Source: Fimbriimonadia bacterium
GTDB taxonomy: Bacteria; Armatimonadota; Fimbriimonadia; Fimbriimonadales; JABRVX01
Length of the DNA: 64,000 nt
Assembly (NCBI GenBank): GCA_041483895.1
Contig: JBGPGO010000007.1
Span: forward strand, 128,001 to 192,000
Direction: 5' to 3'
Shown here: positions 8,142 to 17,064 of the stretch, in pieces
Position numbering within the stretch: the first letter of the stretch is position 1
How the letters are laid out: each line of letters opens with the position of its first letter
Position numbers and translations under genes: made by a program
The notes under the pieces: model-generated
Told to the model about the DNA's origin: nothing
What the model saw: the letters and a program-made list of their open reading frames with translations, nothing else
The model's database searches: none

Positions 8142-9635
8142 TCACTTGGCCTCGGCCTGCGACTGATCCAGTGGTCCAGTCGGCTTCATCCCCCGCGTCA
8201 TTCTCAGAATTACCAAATGCATCCAAACAAGGGAAATCAGAGCCAACATACTAAGGAATGCCCAGCAGGAAGTCCAAAGGCCGCTTGACTTCAACATGTA
8301 CCCAAAGATGACGGGCAGGAAAAAGCCGCCGAGCCCGCCGATCACCCCGACCAGACCGCCAACGACCCCGACATCCTTGGGGAAATACTCTGGAATGTGC
8401 TTGTATACGGCAGCCATCCCGATTCCCATCGAGATACCGACAAGAAGCGCGAATATCGTAAAAATCCAGCGGTTCGCTTGGAAGTAAATTTGAGTCGTAC
8501 CTCGCGCGAGAACTTCCCTCCGTTTCACCGTTTCCCCAATGGAAACGACAGGTTCCTGCCATGTCTGCAACTTCGGCAAGACAAGAAGCTGGTCATCGCG
8601 AAATCTAAGCGCTTGTGGAGGCCTTAGCGAGTAGGGTTTTTCACCAACCCTGACTTCGGACGCCGATACAAATGTGACGGGTCCAGGCGAATCCGCCATC
8701 ACCCCCTCGCCAGGCGAACTGATCTCCATCCTTGGCGCCGAAAGCAATAGAAATAGGACGACGCAAAAACTTAGCACCCAATACATGGTCGTCCGCGCGC
8801 CGATCCTGTCCGAAATCCAACCGCCGAATGCACGGACCAACCCCGTGGGCAGGCTGAAACATGCCGCAAGAAATCCGGCGCCGGCAAGCGTCATGCCGTA
8901 CACGTTTAGGTAATACGGGATGAGCCATTGTGAAAGAGCCACGAAGGCACCGAACAGCACAAAGTAGTACAGCCCAAAACGCCATACTCGAATGTCGCGC
9001 AGAGGGTGCAGCATCTGGCCGATTGTCTTTTGACCGGCCCCCTCAACTCGTTTTGGGATGGCCAGCAGGGCGAACAAAATCACAGTCGCCAGCAGCGCCC
9101 CCGCATAAATCTGGGGCAGCAACCGCCATGCGTCCACGTTCTGTCCATCCCGTGTGAGCGATTTCAACAATAAGGGCGCACCAATGCTCGTCAGAGCCGC
9201 TCCAATATTGCCGACGCCAAAAATCCCAAGCGCGGTGCCCTGTCTTTCCTTGGGAAACCAGACCGATGAATAAGCAATTCCAACCGCGAAGGACGCGCCG
9301 CTCAACCCAAATGCCAATCCGCCGAGCATGAAGCCGGTGAAACTATTGGCGAAACCGGTCAAATACGCCCCAATGGCCGCAAGCAACATGACTCCAATGT
9401 AGACCGGCTTACCACCAAATCGGTCGGTGAGCATTCCAACCGGGAGGCGTAGAATCGATCCTGTCAAGACCGGTATCCCGATCAGCCAGCCCATTTGGCC
9501 CTTGTCCAAATGGAGAACCTGATGGTCAACGAGGAAGGTGATCAGCACGCCATACATTGTCCAGACGGCAAAGCAGACGGTGAACGCGAATGTGTTCATG
9601 AAGAGGACGCGATTGGCCTGGCTTCGCTGGCTCAT
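8142..9635 (-). CDS. narK: NarK-type nitrate/nitrite MFS transporter with an inserted soluble domain
   Basis: FAVW, GSILRLPVGMLTDRFGG, GASFAVG, QGTALGIFGVGNIG and GGLGGF signatures. Confidence 0.9.
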   Translation of the reverse strand: MSQRSQANRVLFMNTFAFTVCFAVWTMYGVLITFLVDHQVLHLDKGQMGWLIGIPVLTGSILRLPVGMLTDRFGGKPVYIGVMLLAAIGAYLTGFANSFTGFMLGGLAFGLSGASFAVGIAYSSVWFPKERQGTALGIFGVGNIGAALTSIGAPLLLKSLTRDGQNVDAWRLLPQIYAGALLATVILFALLAIPKRVEGAGQKTIGQMLHPLRDIRVWRFGLYYFVLFGAFVALSQWLIPYYLNVYGMTLAGAGFLAACFSLPTGLVRAFGGWISDRIGARTTMYWVLSFCVVLFLLLSAPRMEISSPGEGVMADSPGPVTFVSASEVRVGEKPYSLRPPQALRFRDDQLLVLPKLQTWQEPVVSIGETVKRREVLARGTTQIYFQANRWIFTIFALLVGISMGIGMAAVYKHIPEYFPKDVGVVGGLVGVIGGLGGFFLPVIFGYMLKSSGLWTSCWAFLSMLALISLVWMHLVILRMTRGMKPTGPLDQSQAEAK

Positions 9636-9668
9636 GGCGCTATTGTCGACCCCGGCTGCAGAGACCGC

Positions 9669-9684
9669 TATGATCAAGATCATA
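9669..9684. promoter_or_regulatory. Crp/Fnr-type box TATGA-tcaaga-TCATA, narK proximal
   Basis: Centre lies 41.5 bp from the narK ATG; -10 GACAAT at 9647-9642. Confidence 0.72.
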
Positions 9685-9785
9685 TTGCGTCGGCGGCCAT
9701 GGCAATTCGCTCAGCAGTGCGTGACGTCGGGTTGGTCACCGGTTGTCTCCTCAACCGTAGATTTGTTACTTCGCGTCGAGGCCGC

Positions 9786-9801
9786 TATGACGTTCGTCAT
9801 A
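9786..9801. promoter_or_regulatory. Crp/Fnr-type box TATGA-cgttcg-TCATA, narK distal
   Basis: Same consensus; upstream of an RBS and a 19-aa ORF. Confidence 0.65.
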
Positions 9802-9924
9802 TCTTCGAAAAGGTTCCTCAGGGACAGCACGACCGGCTTGGTAGGTACCGCCCGTTATGGTCGTTGCCTCAGCAAGCGAATCCCCAATGAGGAGACCTCG
9901 TAGTAAGGGATTGAATCAACGCTC

Positions 9925-9938
9925 CTGAAACCTTCCAG
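9925..9938. promoter_or_regulatory. LacI-type operator CTGAAACCTTCCAG
   Basis: Matches five other copies; at the GH144 promoter. Confidence 0.7.
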
Positions 9939-9966
9939 TGGCACGATTTCTTTGGTAGAATGGGTC

Positions 9967-11208
9967 ATGATCGGCACAATTCTCGCGATCGCAACCTCAA
10001 GCTGCTTTTGTCAACTGCAGGGAGACGCGCTTCTCGACGACCTCTCGTACAAAGCGTTTCGCTATTTCTGGGAGCAGTCCAACGTCGCCACAGGTCTCAC
10101 GAAGGACCGGGCGGCCAACCTCACCACGACCGATGGCTACAACGTGGCCAGCATCGCCGCAACGGGTTACTCCTTGGTAGCCTACGCGATCGGCGCGGAT
10201 CGTGGCTGGATAGGGAAATCTTCCGCTCGGACCCGCGTCCGGCTCACGCTCCAATACTTGAACACCAGCGGGGCGAAAAAGAATGGCTGGTTTTACCACT
10301 TTGTCAACTGGCAGACCGGGCAGCGCGTTTGGAACAGCGAGGTTTCGTCCATCGACACGGCGATTCTGATTGCCGGAATGTTGGTTGCGGAACGATACTT
10401 CGCCGACAGCCAAATTACAGCCAGCACGAATTCGATCTTAAAAGCAATCGACTGGCATTGGATGCTGACCGACGGCGGCGCGAAGCCCAATTCGCTTACG
10501 TTCTGTCATGGATGGACGCCCGAAAGCGGTTTCATACCATATCGCTGGGACACTTATTCGGAAGAGATGATGTTGTATGTTCAAGCTTACGGCGCCTATC
10601 CGGCGTTACCGCTTGGTTGTTGGGCTGCGGTGTCAAAGCCGATGGTGACGTATGGCGGATATACTGTGATTTCCGGCGGACCGTTGTTCATGCACCAGAT
10701 GTCCCATGGATTCTTGGATATCAAGGGGATAAAGCAAGGCTCGTACGACTATTGGGAGAATAGCAGGCAGGACACCTTGGCGAGTCGCCAATATTGCATC
10801 AACAATCCAAAGCATTACACTGGCTACGGTGCGAATTTTTGGGGACTTTCCGCAGGCGATACGCCGGACGGATACATGGCGCTCGGCGCGCCAGGTTGGG
10901 GAAGCGATAACGGAACGATTATTCCGACGTCCGCGATCGCTAGCGTGATGTTCACCCCGACAGAAAGCAAGGCCGCTGCGGATTATATATACTCCTACCG
11001 GCCAGCTGCATATGGGCGATACGGCTTTAGCAACGGCATCAACCCATCGCGAAACTGGATCGATCCGGACGTGATTGGGATCGACCTTGGCATGATGCTC
11101 GTCGGCATCGCGAACTACAAGGATAATTTCGTTCACAAATGGTCGACAGCTCATCCCATCATCAAATCGGGAATCTTGCGCATGTTGTTGCTTACGAAAA
11201 AGTCGTAA
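9967..11208 (+). CDS. Secreted glycoamylase-family protein (GH144-like endo-beta-1,2-glucanase)
   Basis: AFRYFWEQ, ASIAATG, GWFYHF, EVSSIDTAIL, GPLFMHQ and IGIDLG motifs; signal-like N-terminus. Confidence 0.85.
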   Translation: MIGTILAIATSSCFCQLQGDALLDDLSYKAFRYFWEQSNVATGLTKDRAANLTTTDGYNVASIAATGYSLVAYAIGADRGWIGKSSARTRVRLTLQYLNTSGAKKNGWFYHFVNWQTGQRVWNSEVSSIDTAILIAGMLVAERYFADSQITASTNSILKAIDWHWMLTDGGAKPNSLTFCHGWTPESGFIPYRWDTYSEEMMLYVQAYGAYPALPLGCWAAVSKPMVTYGGYTVISGGPLFMHQMSHGFLDIKGIKQGSYDYWENSRQDTLASRQYCINNPKHYTGYGANFWGLSAGDTPDGYMALGAPGWGSDNGTIIPTSAIASVMFTPTESKAAADYIYSYRPAAYGRYGFSNGINPSRNWIDPDVIGIDLGMMLVGIANYKDNFVHKWSTAHPIIKSGILRMLLLTKKS

Positions 11209-12066
11209 TCACTTCAGCCCGCTGGTCACGAACCCGCGGACAAAATATCTCTGACCCAGCAGGAACAGTAGGATGAGCGGCAACATCACGAGCACAGAAC
11301 CCGCCATGATTAAATGCCACTGCTCGCTGTTAAGAGTCTGATAGGATCGCAACCCTAATTCCAGCGTCTGTTTGTCAGGATCATTCAAATAGAGCAGCGG
11401 TCCAAGAAAATCGCGCCAGCTCCAGATGAAGGAGAAGAGCCCGACCGTTGCCAGCGCCGGGCCGGACAGCGGCATGATCAATCGCCAGAAGATTGTAGAA
11501 TGCGATGCGCCGTCCAGCATGGCGGCCTCTTCCAATTCGCGCGGGATGGTCGCAAAAAACTGGCGCAGCATGAAGATGTTGAACGCGCCGCCACCCAGCC
11601 AAGACGGCACGATCAGCGGATAGAACGTATCCACCCAGTGTAGATATTTGTAGAGAACATAGGTGGGAATCATCGTGACTATCCCTGGGAGCATCATGGT
11701 ACTGAGCAATAGGATGAATAAGCGATCCCTTCCTCGAAAGCGTAACCGCGCAAAGGCGTATGCCGCGAGGCTGGAAGTGATCAGTGTGCCGATCGTGGAG
11801 AGTGTGGCAATCAGAGCGCTGTTGCGGAAGAGAAGGCTAAACTTCACGTTCGGGTTGTCCAGCACTTGTCGAAAATTGTCCCACGACGCCATCTTTGGCC
11901 AAGCCCAAGCCGATGTCGTCGCAATCTCCGCCGGTGTCTTATAGGCCGTCGAGAGCATGATGTAGAATGGCACCAGCATGCCAACCGCGCCCGCGACAAG
12001 CACCAGCCACACGATAGCATGCGACGTCCGTTTCGCCGTCCGCGCTTTGCGGTCTAGAGAATTCAC
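11209..12066 (-). CDS. Carbohydrate ABC transporter permease
   Basis: IPRELEEAAMLDGA EAA loop. Confidence 0.93.
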   Translation of the reverse strand: MNSLDRKARTAKRTSHAIVWLVLVAGAVGMLVPFYIMLSTAYKTPAEIATTSAWAWPKMASWDNFRQVLDNPNVKFSLLFRNSALIATLSTIGTLITSSLAAYAFARLRFRGRDRLFILLLSTMMLPGIVTMIPTYVLYKYLHWVDTFYPLIVPSWLGGGAFNIFMLRQFFATIPRELEEAAMLDGASHSTIFWRLIMPLSGPALATVGLFSFIWSWRDFLGPLLYLNDPDKQTLELGLRSYQTLNSEQWHLIMAGSVLVMLPLILLFLLGQRYFVRGFVTSGLK

Positions 12067-14507
12067 TTCGAGTCCGCCTCATAATACACCCACTTGCTCA
12101 GTCGGAACTGCAGCAGCGTGAATATCAATATGATGACAAACAGCACCCAAGCGAGCGCGGAGGCGTACCCCATTCGAAGCCCGTCGAACGCCTGTCGGTA
12201 CAGATGCAGCATATAGAACAGCGTCGCATCGTTGGGGCCGCCGCTCGTCATCACGAACGATTGCGTGAACACTTGAAAGCTGCCAATCACTCCCGTTACC
12301 AAGCAGAAGAACAGCGCCGGGCTAAGCAACGGGATCGTAACGGCTCGGAACCGTTTCAGTGCGCCCGCTCCATCTACCACGGCCGCTTCGTAGTACTCCT
12401 GCGGAATATTCTGCAGCCCGGCCAATAGGATCACCATGCCGCCACCGATACCCCACAACGACATGATGATCAATCCGGTTAATGCCGTGCTCTCATTGCC
12501 TAACCAGTTGATCTGCTGTCCGGCAGGAGACAAAGGCCGCAAAAGCGACGCGAGTCCAAGAAAGTCGCCCTTTCCATTTGCGCCATAGATGATTGTGTTC
12601 AGCAGGCCGCCTTCCGGTTGGAAAATCCGTCTCCAGATCAGCGATGCCGCCACCACGCTCGCAAGGGATGGCAAATAGTAAACGGCGCGAAATAATGCCA
12701 TTCCTCGCACCTTCGCATTGAGCAGCAGCGCCAGCATCAGCGAGCCGAAAAGGCCAAGCGGGACGGCAACCAGGGTGTAAACGAAGGTCACTCGCAATGA
12801 AAGCCAGAACCGAGGATCGGCGGTGAGGGCATCGGCGTAGTTCGCCGCACCGCGCCATCTTGCGGGCTGAATGATGTCCCAATCGGCCATGCTCATGAAA
12901 AACGAAAGAGCCATCGGACCGAATGTGAACACAACGATCCCAATCAGCCATGGAGCGATGAACCAATACGCGCTGCGATTCTCTCGCTTCTCGCGATTGG
13001 AGTACCGCACGCCTCGCTCCGGCCAATAGACCCACAGGAGGATCCCCGACGCCAGCAAGAGCCCACCCAGGATCGCGGGCCCCCATGCAAACGGGGGAAG
13101 GCGCTCCTGTTTTCGCAGCGCGTCGAGGCGGGCCTGGGCCTCCGCGGTTCCCTCGTGCAGCGCCTGCTGTGCCGACTTCGTGCCGAGCCAGATAGTATCC
13201 AGGCGAGAAGTGAGCAATCCGTACACTTCAGGCCAAGCGTCACCCGAGGGGGCGAAGTGCACATACGGGATCGCCTCGTCCGTCACGATCCGATGTGCGG
13301 GATAGCGCATTTCAACCGGTGTGTTCGGTCCCGGAATCCAAACGTCTGATAGGGCGATGCGGCGGATCGCCGGCTGGCCCAGCCCCGACTCCGCCAGGTT
13401 CTTCATCCCTTGCGGGCCGGCGAGCCATTGGACGAGCAGCCAGGCCTCCCAAGGGTGCTGGGTTGAGCTTGCGATGGAATAGCCGGAGCCGCCGGTCGGG
13501 AATCGCCTCGTCCCATCCTTGTATGCCGGAAAAAGAGTGATGTCGTAATCGAAAAATTCCTTCGTCCCGGGCTTCAGAAACTTGCGAAGGTTGGGAACTT
13601 CCCAAATTCCGGTCTGGTACATTGCCACCTTTTGCGATACGAACAGCATGGTGGCGTTGGTCTGCATCACGCTCGACATTTCAGTCGGGCTCGGCTCAAA
13701 TCCGTACTTGAATATCAGGTCTGCCGCCAAACCGTACCCGCGCCGCATCGCGGGGCTATCGAATAGGATCTTGGTCGGGTTCTCATAATCATCGGTGAAC
13801 CTTCCTCCCAATGAAAGTGAGAAGCAGTCCGCCGTCAGGCTCGGCCATCCGGGGCTGTATCCCCACTGAATCGTTTTGCCCTCTTGGTTCTTTTTGGTGA
13901 GCTGCCGCATAACCCATAGGAAATCCTTGTCCCGCAATTCCGGCCGCACCTTATCATCCCATGTCCAGCTTCCATCCGGATACGGAATCCCCGCTTCGTC
14001 AAACAGCCGCTTGTTGTAGTAGATCAGGCCGATGGGCGCGATGTCGCGAGGAAGAACGTACAGCCGGCCTTTCCGCCGGTGCGCGCGGACGATCGGTTCA
14101 TAGTATTGTTTGATGTCGAATCCCGGTGTTTTCGCGATAAAACCGTCCAGGGGCAGCAGCGCCTTTCGCTTGGCGAATTGCTGGAACCGCTCGAAGCCCA
14201 TCATGAGGACGTCCGGTGCGACGTTGGCGGCATACTGTGCCAGCATCTTCTGCTGATACATACCGTAGTCCACGTTCTCCAGCTTCACTTTTATGTAGGG
14301 GTAGCGCTGTTCAAACTCCGCGATGGTCTTGCGTTGCACGCTCAGGGCTTGGTCGCCTTCCCAGGACGCCAATCGGAGGACGATTGGGTTCGGCGCCGCC
14401 ACTCCATGGCCAGCTGCAAGCAAGAAAAGGAGGTAGATGACAGTCAGGCGGAACACTTTGCTTCGCGCGACATACGTCACGCGATTAAGGCTGGTTCCGT
14501 GCTTCAC
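12063..14507 (-). CDS. Fused sugar-binding protein / ABC permease
   Basis: N-terminal SBP (APDV, IYYNKRLFDEAG) plus C-terminal permease (IPQEYYEAAVVDGA); start uncertain. Confidence 0.9.
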   Translation of the reverse strand: MKHGTSLNRVTYVARSKVFRLTVIYLLFLLAAGHGVAAPNPIVLRLASWEGDQALSVQRKTIAEFEQRYPYIKVKLENVDYGMYQQKMLAQYAANVAPDVLMMGFERFQQFAKRKALLPLDGFIAKTPGFDIKQYYEPIVRAHRRKGRLYVLPRDIAPIGLIYYNKRLFDEAGIPYPDGSWTWDDKVRPELRDKDFLWVMRQLTKKNQEGKTIQWGYSPGWPSLTADCFSLSLGGRFTDDYENPTKILFDSPAMRRGYGLAADLIFKYGFEPSPTEMSSVMQTNATMLFVSQKVAMYQTGIWEVPNLRKFLKPGTKEFFDYDITLFPAYKDGTRRFPTGGSGYSIASSTQHPWEAWLLVQWLAGPQGMKNLAESGLGQPAIRRIALSDVWIPGPNTPVEMRYPAHRIVTDEAIPYVHFAPSGDAWPEVYGLLTSRLDTIWLGTKSAQQALHEGTAEAQARLDALRKQERLPPFAWGPAILGGLLLASGILLWVYWPERGVRYSNREKRENRSAYWFIAPWLIGIVVFTFGPMALSFFMSMADWDIIQPARWRGAANYADALTADPRFWLSLRVTFVYTLVAVPLGLFGSLMLALLLNAKVRGMALFRAVYYLPSLASVVAASLIWRRIFQPEGGLLNTIIYGANGKGDFLGLASLLRPLSPAGQQINWLGNESTALTGLIIMSLWGIGGGMVILLAGLQNIPQEYYEAAVVDGAGALKRFRAVTIPLLSPALFFCLVTGVIGSFQVFTQSFVMTSGGPNDATLFYMLHLYRQAFDGLRMGYASALAWVLFVIILIFTLLQFRLSKWVYYEADSK

Positions 14508-16863
14508 AGCTCGTTGCCGATACGGAGTGGATTGCGCCGGAACCGGCAGAGGTCAGCAAATTTCCATCGAGCGGCTCGCCATCCACATGGAGTTGCAGCG
14601 CTTTCTCCAACCCGGTGATGTTGAATCGTATGTCGAACCGTTCTCCTCGGAATCGCCGCATCACGCGGTAGGTCTCCCAGGCGCCCGGCTCGATGAGCAG
14701 GCCTTTTCGAGTCGCCCGCACCCCGCACAGCCAATCGAGCGCGATCCGGTACATCCAGGCGGAAGAGCCCGTGTACCATGTCCAGCCGGCTCTGCCCTCA
14801 TTTGGCGAGTCAGGTCCATCCACGTTTCCTGGCATGACATAGGGTTCGGCGGCGTACCGCCCTGCATCCTCCGCCGCTCGGCAAGGCGGAGACATTGACC
14901 GGTAAATGGAGTAGGCGGTTTCCATTTCGCCCATCATGGCGAAGGCTTGAATCGCCCACGTGGAAGCATGGCTGTACACCCCGCCATTCTCCCGAAGTCC
15001 GGGCGCGTATCGCGTTATGTAGCCGAGGGACGGATCGACGGAGTCAAACGCCGGCGCGAGGAGCAGCGCCCCGTACGGCTTGACCAGACGTTCGCGGACC
15101 GACTCCATGGCTGTCCGTACCCGCTCCGGGGTACCGCTGCCGCTGATTGCGGCCCAGGTCTGCGGATTGAGGAAGATGGAACCCTCTTTGCACTCGTGGC
15201 TGCCGAACGGCCTCCCGTCGTCGCGGAAACCGGCGACGTACCAATCGCCATCCCATCCGTGCTTGTTGATCGCTGTGAAGAGCTCTTCGTTTGCCAAATC
15301 GTAACCCGCAACGAGGTCGCAGCGCCCCAATTCTTTGAGCGTTGGAGTGAGCCGCCGAAGAATGTCGACAAGGAACATCGCCAGCCAGACGCTTTCCCCT
15401 TTCCCGTCGATCCCCGCATGGCTGAGGCCGTCGTTCCAGTCGCCGGCTCCGATCAGCGGCAATCCCCGCGCCGATCGTCTTTCCAGAGCGCGATCGATGC
15501 CGCGCAGAACATGATCCAACACCGTTCCCTTCGCCCCGAATCGCTGTGTGGTTCTCGATAGGAAACGGCATGGTTCCTCGGCAAAGTCGAGGTCGTTCGA
15601 CTCATCAAGATAGGCGAGGAATCCATAAGCGGGCCACAAACTGGTGTCGCTGTGGCGGCTTTCGGAGAATATCTCGGTACCCGGATGCCACCAGTGCCGG
15701 ACACCGCCGTCTTCATACATGGCTTCCAGGTGCGTCCGCAACTGCTGCTTGGTCTTCTCCGGATGCAAGGAGCACCAAAGCAGGCTGTCTTGCAGTTGAT
15801 CCCGGTACCCGTATGCGCCGCCCTGCTGATAGTAGCCGCATCGAGCCTGCAGGCGGCCGACAATCGTTTGATATTTCATCCAGTGGTTGGTCAGTAGGTT
15901 CACGCCTTCGTCCGGAGTTTCGATGAACGTCTCTTGCAACAACCGACTCCAATGGTCCTTCAGCCGGTCCAATTCTCGCTGTGCCTGGCAGATCGTCCAT
16001 CCCTCGCTCGCCTGCTCGGCCGCGGCACGGTCGGTTTCCGCTCCCAGCACAAATAAAAGAGTCTTCGTTTCGCCCGGTCCTAAACTCAATGGGACAATCA
16101 CTGAGGCGATTGGGTCTTGCCACCGTGTTCCAGCACAGGAGGGATCTTGCCGTCGAAGCGAGTCGGGGTTTGCAAGGCTTCCACCCGGACCGATGAAGGA
16201 GGCTTTGCTGGTGTTCCACGCGACGGACTCCGCTCCCTTGACGGCGTGAAATGCGAATAGCTCGCAATCCTCCGGTTCCCGAATGTTCTCCTTCATCCCC
16301 GGGTGCTTCCAAGCCAAGCATCGATCGGATGCGCAGGAGGTTTCTATGAACAGCCGATGGAATTCCCGGTGCCATTCGCCGACAGCTCCCAGAAACCAAT
16401 CGACATAGGAAGCGACGCGCAAGGAGCGCGTTTCGGCGCCAATGTTCGTCACCTCTAACAGCCAGAGTTCGCAGTTGGCTTCGAGAGGGACGAAGCAGGT
16501 CTGGCGGGACCGAATGCCGAACAGCTCACGCTCGAATATCGTGTACCCGAGCCCGTGGGTCACCGCTTCAATATCTGCCCGCAGCCGCGTCGGCCCCCAG
16601 GTTGTTGACCAAGGTGGGCCCGGCTGGTCGAGGTCCTGGAGGTAGATATAACGGCCGTAGGCGTCGGCAACCAGATCTTGCTCCCACCTGGTGATTCGGT
16701 GGAGCTGGCAATTGTCCAGCCAGGAGAACCCGCCTCCCGCCTGGCTCACGATGGCGGAATACCGTCCATTGCTGAGAATATTGACCCAAGGCGTCGGGGT
16801 TCGGGGATCGGTGATAATGAACTCTCGGCCGTCTGGGGAGAAAAATCCGAATTCGTTGGGCAT
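14485..16863 (-). CDS. GH94 glycoside phosphorylase (Cgs/NdvB C-terminal type)
   Basis: TPTPWVNIL, YQQGGAYGYRDQLQD, GDWND, PGLRENGGVYSHA and GWTWYTGS. Confidence 0.9.
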   Translation of the reverse strand: MPNEFGFFSPDGREFIITDPRTPTPWVNILSNGRYSAIVSQAGGGFSWLDNCQLHRITRWEQDLVADAYGRYIYLQDLDQPGPPWSTTWGPTRLRADIEAVTHGLGYTIFERELFGIRSRQTCFVPLEANCELWLLEVTNIGAETRSLRVASYVDWFLGAVGEWHREFHRLFIETSCASDRCLAWKHPGMKENIREPEDCELFAFHAVKGAESVAWNTSKASFIGPGGSLANPDSLRRQDPSCAGTRWQDPIASVIVPLSLGPGETKTLLFVLGAETDRAAAEQASEGWTICQAQRELDRLKDHWSRLLQETFIETPDEGVNLLTNHWMKYQTIVGRLQARCGYYQQGGAYGYRDQLQDSLLWCSLHPEKTKQQLRTHLEAMYEDGGVRHWWHPGTEIFSESRHSDTSLWPAYGFLAYLDESNDLDFAEEPCRFLSRTTQRFGAKGTVLDHVLRGIDRALERRSARGLPLIGAGDWNDGLSHAGIDGKGESVWLAMFLVDILRRLTPTLKELGRCDLVAGYDLANEELFTAINKHGWDGDWYVAGFRDDGRPFGSHECKEGSIFLNPQTWAAISGSGTPERVRTAMESVRERLVKPYGALLLAPAFDSVDPSLGYITRYAPGLRENGGVYSHASTWAIQAFAMMGEMETAYSIYRSMSPPCRAAEDAGRYAAEPYVMPGNVDGPDSPNEGRAGWTWYTGSSAWMYRIALDWLCGVRATRKGLLIEPGAWETYRVMRRFRGERFDIRFNITGLEKALQLHVDGEPLDGNLLTSAGSGAIHSVSATSCEARNQP

Positions 16864-16924
16864 GACACCCTGGTGAGGCATTCGAGTCTCAATTCTTGGA
16901 GGAAGTTGGTCAATTCTACCAGAA

Positions 16925-17041
16925 CTGAAACCTTTCTGCAACCCGCATTTTTCCTTAAGTCATAGAAAATACCTACCCCGAAAGGTTGCTGTGTGGCACA
17001 AGTTGTGATATCATGAGGTAGCAACTGCTGAAAGGCTTCAG
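16925..17041. promoter_or_regulatory. Divergent promoter region with three LacI-type operators
   Basis: CTGAAACCTTTCTG 16925, CCGAAAGGTTGCTG 16978, CTGAAAGGCTTCAG 17028; TTGCTG-17-TATCAT at 16986-17014. Confidence 0.72.
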
Positions 17042-17064
17042 CAAAACATCAAAAAAATCGGAGC

